Origin: a virus
Taxonomy: Duplodnaviria > Caudoviricetes
Direction: 5' to 3' (one strand)
Length of the DNA: 64,000 nt
IMG/VR virus record: IMGVR_UViG_3300020412_000001
Location: 6,062-70,061 of that record
Shown here: piece after piece, positions 19,993 to 29,757 of the stretch
How the letters are laid out: each line of letters begins with the position of its first letter
Numbering within the stretch: the first letter of the stretch is position 1
Notes under the pieces: model-generated
Databases searched by the model: none
Told to the model about the DNA's origin: nothing
The model's input: the letters and a program-made list of their open reading frames with translations, nothing else
Translations under genes and position numbers: made by a program

Positions 19993-22407
19993 TTAGCTTA
20001 AACTAAAGCCAGAGTTAAAGTCAAACGTATCATCAAACTCTATCGGTTCACTCTCTCTCTTACGTTGGTCTATCATCTTACTTTGGTGTGTACTCTGTAA
20101 CTTTAATCTATCATCTTTCCTATCTTCCTTAAATGTATTAAGGTTCATAGTTCCTGCAACTTCTAACTTCTTAAGGTAAGCATCATACTGAAAGTCTTGT
20201 GCGTTCTCTCTGCCTTTAAGCTTGCTCTTAAATTCTTCCTTAAGCATTTCTAACTGCGCTAGTTTCTGTGCCTTCTGTACGTCTATCTGCGCTTGTTGTG
20301 CATAGCTTTGAGATTTAGCTTGCTCACTAGCCATTGCGCTTTGTGCGTTACTCTGTGCTTGCATCTTAAAGCGTTGTTGCTCTTCTTCATTGCGTTGCTT
20401 CATACGCTTTCTTCTTCTGTACTTTAAGTATTCTCTTGCTTGCTTATAGTTGTTTTTAGCTAAACTCTCGGCTTCCATCTTGTCTTCTACATCTATATAA
20501 CCTTCTTTCATAGCAATGTTTAGGTCTTCTCTAAACGTTTGCATCTCTTCATTACTTGGTAATATCTCAATGGTAAATCCAAAATCGTGCAAGCTTCTGT
20601 CTTTTAATGCTTCCAAGGCTTCCAAGTTGTGTTTTCCAACAGCACGTTCATAAAGCTTTTGTAAATGTTTTGCATCTTTATTACTAAATATACCGTGTAT
20701 ACGAGATGATATTGTTTCAGCAACTTTCTTGTTCATATAGGTTGCACAGTCTACAATATGTTGCGTGGCTGTATTACTTGCTAATAAGGCCATTTGGTTT
20801 GTGCCTACTAAACTGTCTGACGGTTGTGATCCGTCTCTTACAGGATTAACACCACTTATATCTCTCATAAGGTTGTAGTAGTGCGCCCAAGAGTTTAATA
20901 ATGCACCTAATGCACTTCCTTGTTGACTTGCTCTTGGAGTAGCCGCGTTTCCTTCTTTAATGCCCATCTCTCCCATATCTATACGTTTCTTAAGGACAAC
21001 ACCTTTTACGTTTAATATGTTTAATGCTTCTTTCCAATCGTCACGCTTACTACCTCCTTTACCGTCGCCTAATTCTGCCAATTGGTCTATATCTATCTCA
21101 ATAAGGTCTGGCTTTAATTCTGCAATTAATTGTTGCATCTTAAGGTGAATGTATTGTATCTGCTTGCTTATAGGTTTAAGATCGCTTAAGAATGAACGTA
21201 ATCTGTTCTTGTAAATATCCGTTGCCACTACTCTGTATGGCGGTAAGGCTTTATTCATCTCATCACGCTCAACGTTCTCACATTCCTGGTAGTTGTATAG
21301 GTATGGTGTACCTACAACGTAACTACCTTCATACCACGTATCTAAAACTTGGTCTATTCTACCATAGTCGTTACGTTGTGGTGGTTCAAAGCTATCATCA
21401 CGCTTGCTTACCTTAATGCGGTTTCCTTTTTTAATAGATTTCTTATACACTAAAGACTTAGAGGTCTTATAGGTAAAGCGTATCACATCAACCCTAATAT
21501 TGGCAATCTCATCAATAGTTACCGTATTGAAGTTTGAAGGTGACATCCAATCATTCTTGTTTGCATATTGCTTGGCAATCTTTCTTAGTGTGTCATCATC
21601 AAATCCTGCTTCACGTTGTATGTCTGTTATCGTAACACTATCTACCTCAAAGAAATAATAAGCATCACTAAAATCGTTTCTTGTAACTTGACTATGCCCA
21701 AAGTATTCTGGGTCTACATAACCTTTTTTAATACCATCGTTAGGATCTGTCCATACACGTTGTACTGCTATACCATTAAGAACTAAGTCTAAGTTTTTAA
21801 GTTTTTCTAATGCTTCGTGGTCGTTAACTCTATTAACGTACTCCAACATTAACTCTTCTGCAATTTCTGCTTTCGGCTTTTCCTTAATCTCCATATACAA
21901 CGCCATTTCCTCTTCGTCTTCTGGAACAAAGCCTTTAGGTCTTAAGTCTATACCTAATTGTTTTTTAGCATTGTTATACAATTGCTTGGCGCGCATTTGT
22001 TTTTTATAATAGGCTTCTTTCTGTTTCTTCATATTAGAAGACAACTTGTCGATAGCACGAACTTCTAACCTATAACGTTTATCACTTATGCCATTAGCAA
22101 CAATATAACAGAATTTAGAAACAAGGTTTATAGTCGTCCAATCTAAATTGATGTAGTCTAAATCACCTTCATTACGCGATACGTGTTCTTTATCCCTAGA
22201 TACGTCTTGCTCACCTCTAAAAAATAGCCTATTCTCTTCTATCCATTGCTTACGTGCTTGGTATTCATTACCGCTATTACTCACACCACCATTAAACCAA
22301 TCTTGTTCAATAGCCTTAGCTATCTTTAAGCCATAGGCATTTGTTTTTTTAATAGAATCCTTCTCTAAAGGATCTGGGAAACCTACTGTTGTCTTGTTGC
22401 TATCCAT
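19993..22407 (-). CDS. Portal protein (804 aa)
   Basis: Directly after terminase; YINLDW, VDPEY, ISGVNPVRDGS motifs and a coiled-coil C-terminal barrel. Confidence 0.8.
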   Translation of the reverse strand: MDSNKTTVGFPDPLEKDSIKKTNAYGLKIAKAIEQDWFNGGVSNSGNEYQARKQWIEENRLFFRGEQDVSRDKEHVSRNEGDLDYINLDWTTINLVSKFCYIVANGISDKRYRLEVRAIDKLSSNMKKQKEAYYKKQMRAKQLYNNAKKQLGIDLRPKGFVPEDEEEMALYMEIKEKPKAEIAEELMLEYVNRVNDHEALEKLKNLDLVLNGIAVQRVWTDPNDGIKKGYVDPEYFGHSQVTRNDFSDAYYFFEVDSVTITDIQREAGFDDDTLRKIAKQYANKNDWMSPSNFNTVTIDEIANIRVDVIRFTYKTSKSLVYKKSIKKGNRIKVSKRDDSFEPPQRNDYGRIDQVLDTWYEGSYVVGTPYLYNYQECENVERDEMNKALPPYRVVATDIYKNRLRSFLSDLKPISKQIQYIHLKMQQLIAELKPDLIEIDIDQLAELGDGKGGSKRDDWKEALNILNVKGVVLKKRIDMGEMGIKEGNAATPRASQQGSALGALLNSWAHYYNLMRDISGVNPVRDGSQPSDSLVGTNQMALLASNTATQHIVDCATYMNKKVAETISSRIHGIFSNKDAKHLQKLYERAVGKHNLEALEALKDRSLHDFGFTIEILPSNEEMQTFREDLNIAMKEGYIDVEDKMEAESLAKNNYKQAREYLKYRRRKRMKQRNEEEQQRFKMQAQSNAQSAMASEQAKSQSYAQQAQIDVQKAQKLAQLEMLKEEFKSKLKGRENAQDFQYDAYLKKLEVAGTMNLNTFKEDRKDDRLKLQSTHQSKMIDQRKRESEPIEFDDTFDFNSGFSLS

Positions 22408-22409
22408 CG

Positions 22410-25400
22410 TTATGCTATTTTGCTAATTGTGCCAGTATTGTTATACTTTGTAAATACATTGGCTGTTCGTTTTGGTTGTGTTTTAATCATTGGTTTTCTT
22501 CGCTGATTTCCCAAACGCGATAAACTTGAACTAATGTAGGCATCGTACTTTGTACGGTTTGCGGTGTCTACATCTTTCCATTGCTCTAATGTTCTTGTAA
22601 ATGGCATAAAGCCCATTTCTCCAGTTGCTCTATGCGTGTCTGTACGCGCTACACCAACGTGGTCTTCTATATATGTTTCTATGGCGTAAAATTGTTGGTC
22701 GCCAATTTTAGTGTTTTGCTGTGGCGCACCGCCTAATTCTTTTTCTGTGGGATTAAGTTTATTAAACGGCTTAAACGGATTGTTTAAACTGTAATGCCTA
22801 TAACCACGTTGTTTTAATATTTTTAGGAAATGCTCGTTAGATAATTCACAAAGCATTGGCATAGAATAATATACCATAGCCATAATAACGTCTTCAAAGA
22901 ATAACTCTACCTTATGTGGTCTGTCTATATATTCTAATATAAAAGCGTTGTTTGGCAAGTATGTGGTGTTGCTTACTGTAGATAGGTGTATTGATCCAAA
23001 TGAACCTCTACCATCTGCGGTTTTACTTCTGTTGTAAGGATCGACACCAAAACAACCTACGTCCTTTGCCATAGGATGCCACCCAAACATACCGTTAAGC
23101 ATTTTCTTTTCACGCTTGTTACGTATCTCTTCTGGTGGGTGATGTGTAATCCAAAATCTTCCGTTTTGATTAGGTCGCCAAATAACTTCTGTATCTTGTA
23201 TGCCGTCTTTCCACGTAAAATTACCACGCTCTATTGTTCCTTGTGGTAAGTCAAATTCATTGTGGTCTATCTGTTCTTGAATCTTAATAAGGTTAAACTC
23301 ACAATCATTAGCCTCATCTCTAAATGCATCACGTTCTTTTCTTGGGTTTTGCCTTAGATATTCATTTAACGCTTCTGGATCGTCTTTAAGCCCTTCTAAA
23401 TCATTATCTATATGTTGGTTTGCACCAATCTCTACCATTAAACCTAAGTCATTCTTAATAGGTTTACTTGGTGTGTCTGCTATACTGAATCCGTATTGAT
23501 CAAAATAACCTTCCAAACAGTATTGTGCAGGAATAAATAATTGGTATAGCCCACTTTTTGTTTGGTCGTTGGCGTTGCGTTCTGTAGGGTTAGAACTATC
23601 ATACACAGTTTTAAATTCCCTACCACCTTTACTCATAGCATTTACAGTACTGCCTACCATTGCCTTACCTACAATACGAACGCCTTGGCGGTGCGATGTC
23701 TTTACGATTCCCCAGTATTGGTCGAATGGACAATCTTTTGGGTATTTACCGCAGTTCATAGAAATGGTAAAATCTCCTAAAATTAATCTTCTATCATCAT
23801 CATTGTCAGCTTCTAGTTGTATTCCATAATACTCACCTTTACCAATTGGTGTGACATCTATTTTATTAATATGACTTGCGTATTGTCTCTTGTATGTTTT
23901 TGGAACTTTTTTGCGGTCAACCAAGCAAGGTATTTCGTGAAGGTTTTCGCCAGATATAAATAACCTCCAAGAGTCTGTATCAAAGTTTGTTTTGTGGTGT
24001 TTAGAATTGGCTCTATATCCTAAAGAGCGTGATAACATAATAATGTCATCTAATAAATCTTTTTTACCCATACCTATCTCATAAGTATAGGAATTGTTTT
24101 CGTAAGATAAATAACCATCAGAATCAATAAGTCCTGCTAGCATTTTTAATCTTACTTCTCTGGAGTTGTTTAGATAATCTGTTGGTATGTGTTTATTCTT
24201 AAAAAGAGAATATTCTCTTAAAGAATCCATAAACTTGTTTTTTACAGAATTACCGTTTAAATGAGATTGCCTTAAAGGTCTTTTTAGTGTGTACTTTTTA
24301 CATACATCAGATTTTGTTTTATTAATACTAAGGCTATAGTCATTATCTTTAGCATATTGTTTAATGAAATTAGAAATTTCTATATCCTCTTTTGTATTCA
24401 CTAAAATTAAAGAGTTATCATTAAATCCATCACCTAACCAAAGTCCTAATAAGTAAGGATCTAAACTTACTTTTTTGTATTCTAATTCAATTCCTTTACT
24501 TCTAACTCCATATGTTGTTCGCTTTCTGTATTTACCAAGACTTAAGTACTCTTCTGGTGTCATTACCTTAATACCATCATCTTTTATAGACTTTACTTTA
24601 CAACGTTGTTCTAAATATAATCTGTGTTTAGAACTTACAACATAGTCTTCAGAATATGGTTGTGATATTTTATACATATCATCAATACCGTACATTCTCT
24701 TAGCTACTCTTAATTTCTTGCTTCCTTCAACAATAACATAGTCACCTACATTTACATCTTCAATAGACTTAAATGTCATATCAGCCATTAGTATTTTAGT
24801 GCCTTTACCAAAACACTCATCGATAGAGGATCTATATATTTTATCACCATCCATTGCGTTTAGTACGGTAGAGTGAAATCGTATAGTCGTGTCTAAGCCT
24901 TCTTCTAATTCTCTTTTTTCACCTTGCTTGCGTTTCCTGGAAGGTTCGCTTAAAATAAGTTCTTGTTTTGGTGTGGTATTACCATCTACACTTGGCATAA
25001 AGAATGGCGGTAACTTTTTAAAAGCCCTTACTAATCTTCCAAACATCTTACGGCCATCTTCCCTTGTCTTAGAGATAATACCAAGTTCTTTGTTTTCTGC
25101 TAGTGTACCAGAATCTATTTGTTCTGCATTACAAATACTACTCCATCCAAAACGTCTGTTCTTTACATAGATTATACCATAGCATCTTTGGTCTGCCTTG
25201 CAAGCTTCCCAATAAATCATTAACTCATTCTGTATCACCCTAAAATCTGCATAGCCTTCGTCCAATCTATTCCATTGTAAAAAGAAATACATAGTACCTG
25301 TGAGATATACCAACTTTCCGTTTATGTAGATAAAGACACCTTCTTCTCGTCTTCTAAATTCTTCTTCTATATAGGCTCTATATTCGCTGTTGAATTGAGT

Positions 25401-25676
25401 TTCTTCGTTTAAGCCTTTTGGTAGTGGTTCTCGTTTCCACTTTTGTTGTGTAGGTTTAGCATCGTGATTAATGATTAATGTTTCATCTTTAGGAACAGAA
25501 GGTACTGCAATGTGAATGCCGTTAACTTCATATATATCGCCAATAGTGCCGTCCTTGGATATTACGATAATGTCAAAATCTTTATCGTAGCCGTAATTCC
25601 AAAGCTTCTTCTTGTTGCGTTCTTCTTTAACGCCTTGCCTAACTTTATGCGATATGTTTCCTAAATAATGTATCAC
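22410..25676 (-). CDS. terL: Terminase large subunit with intein (1088 aa precursor, 734 aa spliced)
   Basis: ATPase motif YVKNRRFGWS, Walker B SSIDE/CGK after splicing, and nuclease domain GVDPY...YDAYISS. Confidence 0.9.
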   Translation of the reverse strand: MIHYLGNISHKVRQGVKEERNKKKLWNYGYDKDFDIIVISKDGTIGDIYEVNGIHIAVPSVPKDETLIINHDAKPTQQKWKREPLPKGLNEETQFNSEYRAYIEEEFRRREEGVFIYINGKLVYLTGTMYFFLQWNRLDEGYADFRVIQNELMIYWEACKADQRCYGIIYVKNRRFGWSSICNAEQIDSGTLAENKELGIISKTREDGRKMFGRLVRAFKKLPPFFMPSVDGNTTPKQELILSEPSRKRKQGEKRELEEGLDTTIRFHSTVLNAMDGDKIYRSSIDECFGKGTKILMADMTFKSIEDVNVGDYVIVEGSKKLRVAKRMYGIDDMYKISQPYSEDYVVSSKHRLYLEQRCKVKSIKDDGIKVMTPEEYLSLGKYRKRTTYGVRSKGIELEYKKVSLDPYLLGLWLGDGFNDNSLILVNTKEDIEISNFIKQYAKDNDYSLSINKTKSDVCKKYTLKRPLRQSHLNGNSVKNKFMDSLREYSLFKNKHIPTDYLNNSREVRLKMLAGLIDSDGYLSYENNSYTYEIGMGKKDLLDDIIMLSRSLGYRANSKHHKTNFDTDSWRLFISGENLHEIPCLVDRKKVPKTYKRQYASHINKIDVTPIGKGEYYGIQLEADNDDDRRLILGDFTISMNCGKYPKDCPFDQYWGIVKTSHRQGVRIVGKAMVGSTVNAMSKGGREFKTVYDSSNPTERNANDQTKSGLYQLFIPAQYCLEGYFDQYGFSIADTPSKPIKNDLGLMVEIGANQHIDNDLEGLKDDPEALNEYLRQNPRKERDAFRDEANDCEFNLIKIQEQIDHNEFDLPQGTIERGNFTWKDGIQDTEVIWRPNQNGRFWITHHPPEEIRNKREKKMLNGMFGWHPMAKDVGCFGVDPYNRSKTADGRGSFGSIHLSTVSNTTYLPNNAFILEYIDRPHKVELFFEDVIMAMVYYSMPMLCELSNEHFLKILKQRGYRHYSLNNPFKPFNKLNPTEKELGGAPQQNTKIGDQQFYAIETYIEDHVGVARTDTHRATGEMGFMPFTRTLEQWKDVDTANRTKYDAYISSSLSRLGNQRRKPMIKTQPKRTANVFTKYNNTGTISKIA
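23754..24815 (-). mobile_element. Intein with LAGLIDADG homing endonuclease (354 aa)
   Basis: Starts at Cys288 CFGKGTKILMAD, ends at DFTISMN641 followed by Cys+1. Contains LGLWLGDG and LAGLIDSDG motifs. Confidence 0.9.
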
Positions 25677-25978
25677 GTTCTAGCTTTTCGCTTTGCCCAA
25701 CTTTTAGTGGTTATTGTTGTCTCTTCTTCAGTTTCTTCTTTGGTGTCTTCACCGTTAATCTCACTCTGTAAAATATCTATTTGCTGTGCGTAATATTTAG
25801 CATCTTCAGAAGCTTGTCGCTTAGATTTTAAAACATTGTACAGCTTATCGTCATTTATATCATCATCAATAGGTTGCCCAACAATCTGTAAGCATTGCTC
25901 AATGGCAACCTTAAATTTGTCAACCAGTTTAGGTAAGACTTCTTTATAGTAATTCTCTTTTTTAATTTCTTTTTCCAT
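25673..25978 (-). CDS. Probable terminase small subunit
   Basis: 101-aa helical protein overlapping the terL start; synteny. Confidence 0.45.
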   Translation of the reverse strand: MEKEIKKENYYKEVLPKLVDKFKVAIEQCLQIVGQPIDDDINDDKLYNVLKSKRQASEDAKYYAQQIDILQSEINGEDTKEETEEETTITTKSWAKRKART

Positions 25979-26009
25979 AGATTTTATCTATTTACTAATT
26001 CAAATTTTT

Positions 26010-26648
26010 TTAGTTATCTGAAAATTCATAAGGATCACAACCACCTACATATCTTGGTTTATAGCCTAATACATCTACATCTCTTATCCACCAATATGTT
26101 TTTCCGTCCAACTTGTATTCTATATCTCTTTCCTTACGTATGTATAGGTAGTCGTCCTCTATTAAACCTTCGTCTTCAAGGGTTTTGTTTGGGAACTTTA
26201 AAATAGCCTCACCTTCTACATAACCTTTCGTTTCTTCTGGCATAATGATTAAGCTACTCTTAGGTGTTTCTGAAGCTTTTTCAATAGGCTCAACAAACAC
26301 ATTATTTCCGTTAGCTTTCCATTTATCATCACTATCTTTCCTGTACAGTAAAATTAACTCTGGCGTTAAGCGATACCATCCTTTTTCTTTATCCACCAAA
26401 AAGTTACTGTCTTCATCTATCCCTCTGTATCTTCTATTGAATACAGCAGTAGGATCAATAACAACATCATCGCCTACTTGTATAGGTGTTTCAGATAAAA
26501 GCGGAGTAGAGACAACTTTTCCATTTTTGTTGGATGCCAATGTTGGCGAATGTCTAGCATCTAAGTGTAATTCTAATCCGCTATCTGTTTTAATCTTGTC
26601 CTTAAACGCTTGCTTGATTTCTATGATATATTCTGTTAATCCTTGCAT
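26010..26648 (-). CDS. GroES-like protein (tandem domains, 212 aa)
   Basis: GKVVSTP..IQVGDDVVI and NVFVEPIE..KSSLIIMP segments resemble two GroES folds. Confidence 0.45.
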   Translation of the reverse strand: MQGLTEYIIEIKQAFKDKIKTDSGLELHLDARHSPTLASNKNGKVVSTPLLSETPIQVGDDVVIDPTAVFNRRYRGIDEDSNFLVDKEKGWYRLTPELILLYRKDSDDKWKANGNNVFVEPIEKASETPKSSLIIMPEETKGYVEGEAILKFPNKTLEDEGLIEDDYLYIRKERDIEYKLDGKTYWWIRDVDVLGYKPRYVGGCDPYEFSDN

Positions 26649-26649
26649 A

Positions 26650-27858
26650 TTATATTGTTATATCTAAATGATTTAATTTCCCATATTTGTTACGCCATAG
26701 CTTTGTGAATCCTGCGGTAGAGGTATATCCTAAGCCTTCGCTATATGGATTACCTGTAAACAATGGCGGTACTGTTATCTTTCTGTAATCCAAACTATCG
26801 TGCTGTACTACAATCATATCTTCATACTTTGCGATTAGCTTCTTAAAGTATTTCATAACCGATCTGCTATGATTATGACCTTGTAATACAACGTGGTAGT
26901 TAACATCTATAAACCCATAGTCTTGCACAATCTTACCTGTGTCTTTCTTACTTAGCCCTAAGTGGCCGTGAGTTGCTAAATAACCTATGTCATTTACCTT
27001 ACGTCTTATAATGACATCTGAATAGGTACTTTCAACATCTTTAAAATCTTTATCAAATAAATAATGAAGCATTTTAGCTACCTCGCCATTAGTGTCTTCT
27101 TTATTATTGCTTGTTACCCTGTCGTGGTTTCCAGAACAAAAGTCTACCGATTCTAAATTGTGAAGTTTTGAGTATAGGTGTTTTGATAATATCTCGTGTG
27201 CTAATATTACAGCACCCATACCATAGCTATCTTTATGTAACCCCTTCCAAGAGTTTATATGGTTAAGCCCTGTAAAGCTTTCAATAAAATCACCCAAAAG
27301 CATTAAGTGTACTTTTTTAAAGCGATCATTATTCACGTCTTCAGCTATTTGTTCTAAATAACCACAGATAATATCTAAATTAAAGTCTTTGGTTTTAATC
27401 AAGTCTGCAACGTATGCACCTATATGAAAATCTGAAAGTGGTAACACCAAGTCGCCTTTACCTACTTTTTTCTTGATCTTATAGGGTTTGGCTTTATACT
27501 TGAAATTAAGTTCCTTTGGTTTCTTTTTAAGCAACAACGATACACCGTAATTAATAACTTGTATAGGATATTTGTTGTCTAACTTCATTGTTGTTGTCCA
27601 ACTCTTGCACTCAAAAGATACCACCTCATTCTCTTTGGTATCTATCTTAAAATGGGCTATAGCCTTTTCTTTGGTATCTAACGGTTTGCCTCCTTGATAG
27701 GTTAGACTTATGCCGTTTTCAGTCTCTTTTACGTTTGTTTTAGAACCATCATCTTTGTTAAACAGAGCGTTTAATTCCTCTGTGGTTAGTTCTTTAATTC
27801 TGTCAATGAACGGTTCTACGTGCCTTGCGTTAGAAAAGTCTGGTCTAAATCTTCCCAT
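26650..27858 (-). CDS. Calcineurin-like metallophosphoesterase (402 aa)
   Basis: Motifs SDFHIG, GDFIE, GNHDR, HGH, GHNH; TATATTTG promoter upstream. Confidence 0.8.
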   Translation of the reverse strand: MGRFRPDFSNARHVEPFIDRIKELTTEELNALFNKDDGSKTNVKETENGISLTYQGGKPLDTKEKAIAHFKIDTKENEVVSFECKSWTTTMKLDNKYPIQVINYGVSLLLKKKPKELNFKYKAKPYKIKKKVGKGDLVLPLSDFHIGAYVADLIKTKDFNLDIICGYLEQIAEDVNNDRFKKVHLMLLGDFIESFTGLNHINSWKGLHKDSYGMGAVILAHEILSKHLYSKLHNLESVDFCSGNHDRVTSNNKEDTNGEVAKMLHYLFDKDFKDVESTYSDVIIRRKVNDIGYLATHGHLGLSKKDTGKIVQDYGFIDVNYHVVLQGHNHSRSVMKYFKKLIAKYEDMIVVQHDSLDYRKITVPPLFTGNPYSEGLGYTSTAGFTKLWRNKYGKLNHLDITI

Positions 27859-27908
27859 TTAGTATTATTTATTTATATTACAAATATAATATATTTATAT
27901 CTAATATG

Positions 27909-28502
27909 TTAAAATGAAAGCCATAAGCGTAATCCTACACCTAATTTACTCTCACCTTGGGGAACAAATGCATCATAATCTGCACTTAAATCAATAGCCC
28001 ATTTTTGCTTGTGATTGTATTGTAATCCTAAATTAGCACCTCTAAAGGCTGAACCGTTTCCAGATAACCTTATGCCACCACCATACAGTAAACCGCTTTT
28101 AATCGTCTTCTTTGTGGTCTTCTCGGTTACGTATACTGTACTATCTTTAGTAGTGAGTTTAAATTTTGTAGCGTATAGGTTGTCGGCATAGATTTCATAA
28201 TCTACCAAGCCATTTGTTAGTGTGTCTTGCCCTACATATTTAGTGGTTGTAATGGCGGTGCTATCGGTAATGTAAATAGGTACTTCCTTAACAACTTCTT
28301 TTTCAACAACAATCTTTACTGGTTTTTGTGTTACAAATACAGTATCAATAGGTTTTAATGCTGTGCTGTCTTTTACTGTTCGTATAACTACGCGTTCTTC
28401 TGTTACGGTATTGGTGGTTTCCTCTGAACAGGATTTGAATAATATAAAACTTACAATAAACCCTATTATGAAAACACCTATGTACTTGTAATACTTCTGC
28501 AT
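27909..28502 (-). CDS. Membrane-anchored protein, spanin-like candidate
   Basis: N-terminal TM ending FKSC, then T/V-rich segment and beta-rich C-terminus; last gene of the lysis block. Confidence 0.4.
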   Translation of the reverse strand: MQKYYKYIGVFIIGFIVSFILFKSCSEETTNTVTEERVVIRTVKDSTALKPIDTVFVTQKPVKIVVEKEVVKEVPIYITDSTAITTTKYVGQDTLTNGLVDYEIYADNLYATKFKLTTKDSTVYVTEKTTKKTIKSGLLYGGGIRLSGNGSAFRGANLGLQYNHKQKWAIDLSADYDAFVPQGESKLGVGLRLWLSF

Positions 28503-28504
28503 AA

Positions 28505-29242
28505 TTAATCTTCTTGGAAGTAAACTTTTATCACATATCCGTTTACTGTTGTTACTTCGTGTATTGTTCCTATATTTATAGGGAATGTATCGCCTTTCCT
28601 ATAAGTTTTTGTGGTTTTAAACTCACCACTAGGCATATAAACGGCAATGGTTATATCGCCTTCCTTTACGCTTACATTTTCATTAATGTTATGCCAATGT
28701 CTTGTTATTACGCCTTCTGGCTCACTCGTTGTTGTAAAGAACATTCCTGGATAGTCTATATTCTCTTTTACTGCTTTTACTTTTTTCTCTTTATCTAAGT
28801 AAAATGGTTCTCCAGGTTTAGCACTTTTTAATATCTGCTTGTCAATAAGTTCAATATGTTTTGCCGAGAATTTTTCTGTTATCTTATTTACCTTTGGTTT
28901 CCTACTTATCTTTGTGGTCTGTACTAAGAAATTCATAACCGCAAGATCCTTCATTATCTTAGGTAGCACAGCTACTCCTGTTTTTTTAAAGTACCTTAAG
29001 ATGTATTTGTACATATATACTGCCAACAATGCACCTGCTATACTTATAAATGTTGAAAGCAATAACGTGTGTATGTTAGGGAATACAAAAAATGCCGACA
29101 ATGCCAATAAGAACGTACCGAACAATAGGAAAAAAACTTTCAGTATTAAACTCCCTACATTTTGTAATGCCCTATAAAAGCTAAACATTACCAATGCAAC
29201 AATCGTACAGCTTAATGCCATTATAGCGGTGTCTAACCTCAT
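28505..29242 (-). CDS. Multi-TM protein fused to a C-terminal cupin domain
   Basis: Three hydrophobic helices, then cupin-like RHWHNINENVSVKEG...GTIHEV; start re-assigned to ATG 29242. Confidence 0.5.
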   Translation of the reverse strand: MRLDTAIMALSCTIVALVMFSFYRALQNVGSLILKVFFLLFGTFLLALSAFFVFPNIHTLLLSTFISIAGALLAVYMYKYILRYFKKTGVAVLPKIMKDLAVMNFLVQTTKISRKPKVNKITEKFSAKHIELIDKQILKSAKPGEPFYLDKEKKVKAVKENIDYPGMFFTTTSEPEGVITRHWHNINENVSVKEGDITIAVYMPSGEFKTTKTYRKGDTFPINIGTIHEVTTVNGYVIKVYFQED

Positions 29243-29243
29243 A

Positions 29244-29690
29244 TTATCTATCAAATCCACCATCTACAACTCTTTTTAGGTATAACAATAAATCTGCATC
29301 TTCTGGCATCTTGTTTTTCAGATTCCTATGCATAATCTCAAACGAAATAGAAATAGATCGTAAAATCTTATCTTGCTCATTCCTTAGTTTTCGTTCTTCA
29401 TTTAATATTTCGGTTTGCTTTTTATATAAATCTTTATATTTATCTAAATCAACCTTCATTCTATTCAGTTCTTCACGCAAAATCTGTCTGTCTTTCTCGT
29501 CTAACTTATCCTCTAAATCAAGGCGTTTTAATTCTATTGTAGTCTTATTCTCGTCTTTCTTTAAGAACAAAGGGCTTAGTTTACTCCAAAACAATCCCAC
29601 ACCACCAAGTAGGTAGTAAAGCACTAATGCCCATACAGGCATTCTTACATCGCCATTAGATATGTCTTGGAGTAAAATAATTAGTGTCAT
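29244..29690 (-). CDS. Holin/antiholin-like single-TM coiled-coil protein
   Basis: Hydrophobic VWALVLYYLLGGVGLFW followed by charged coiled coil; located in the lysis block. Confidence 0.4.
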   Translation of the reverse strand: MTLIILLQDISNGDVRMPVWALVLYYLLGGVGLFWSKLSPLFLKKDENKTTIELKRLDLEDKLDEKDRQILREELNRMKVDLDKYKDLYKKQTEILNEERKLRNEQDKILRSISISFEIMHRNLKNKMPEDADLLLYLKRVVDGGFDR

Positions 29691-29757
29691 TAACTTATAG
29701 TGTTACGGTATTAGTGCCGTGTTTGTAAATTATGTACGTTCTCATAGGGTTATATTA

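Noticed and set aside
29695-29745. 16-aa micro-ORF (MRTYIIYKHGTNTVTL) between fibre and holin-like gene
   Set aside because: Fits the gap well but is too short to support from sequence alone.
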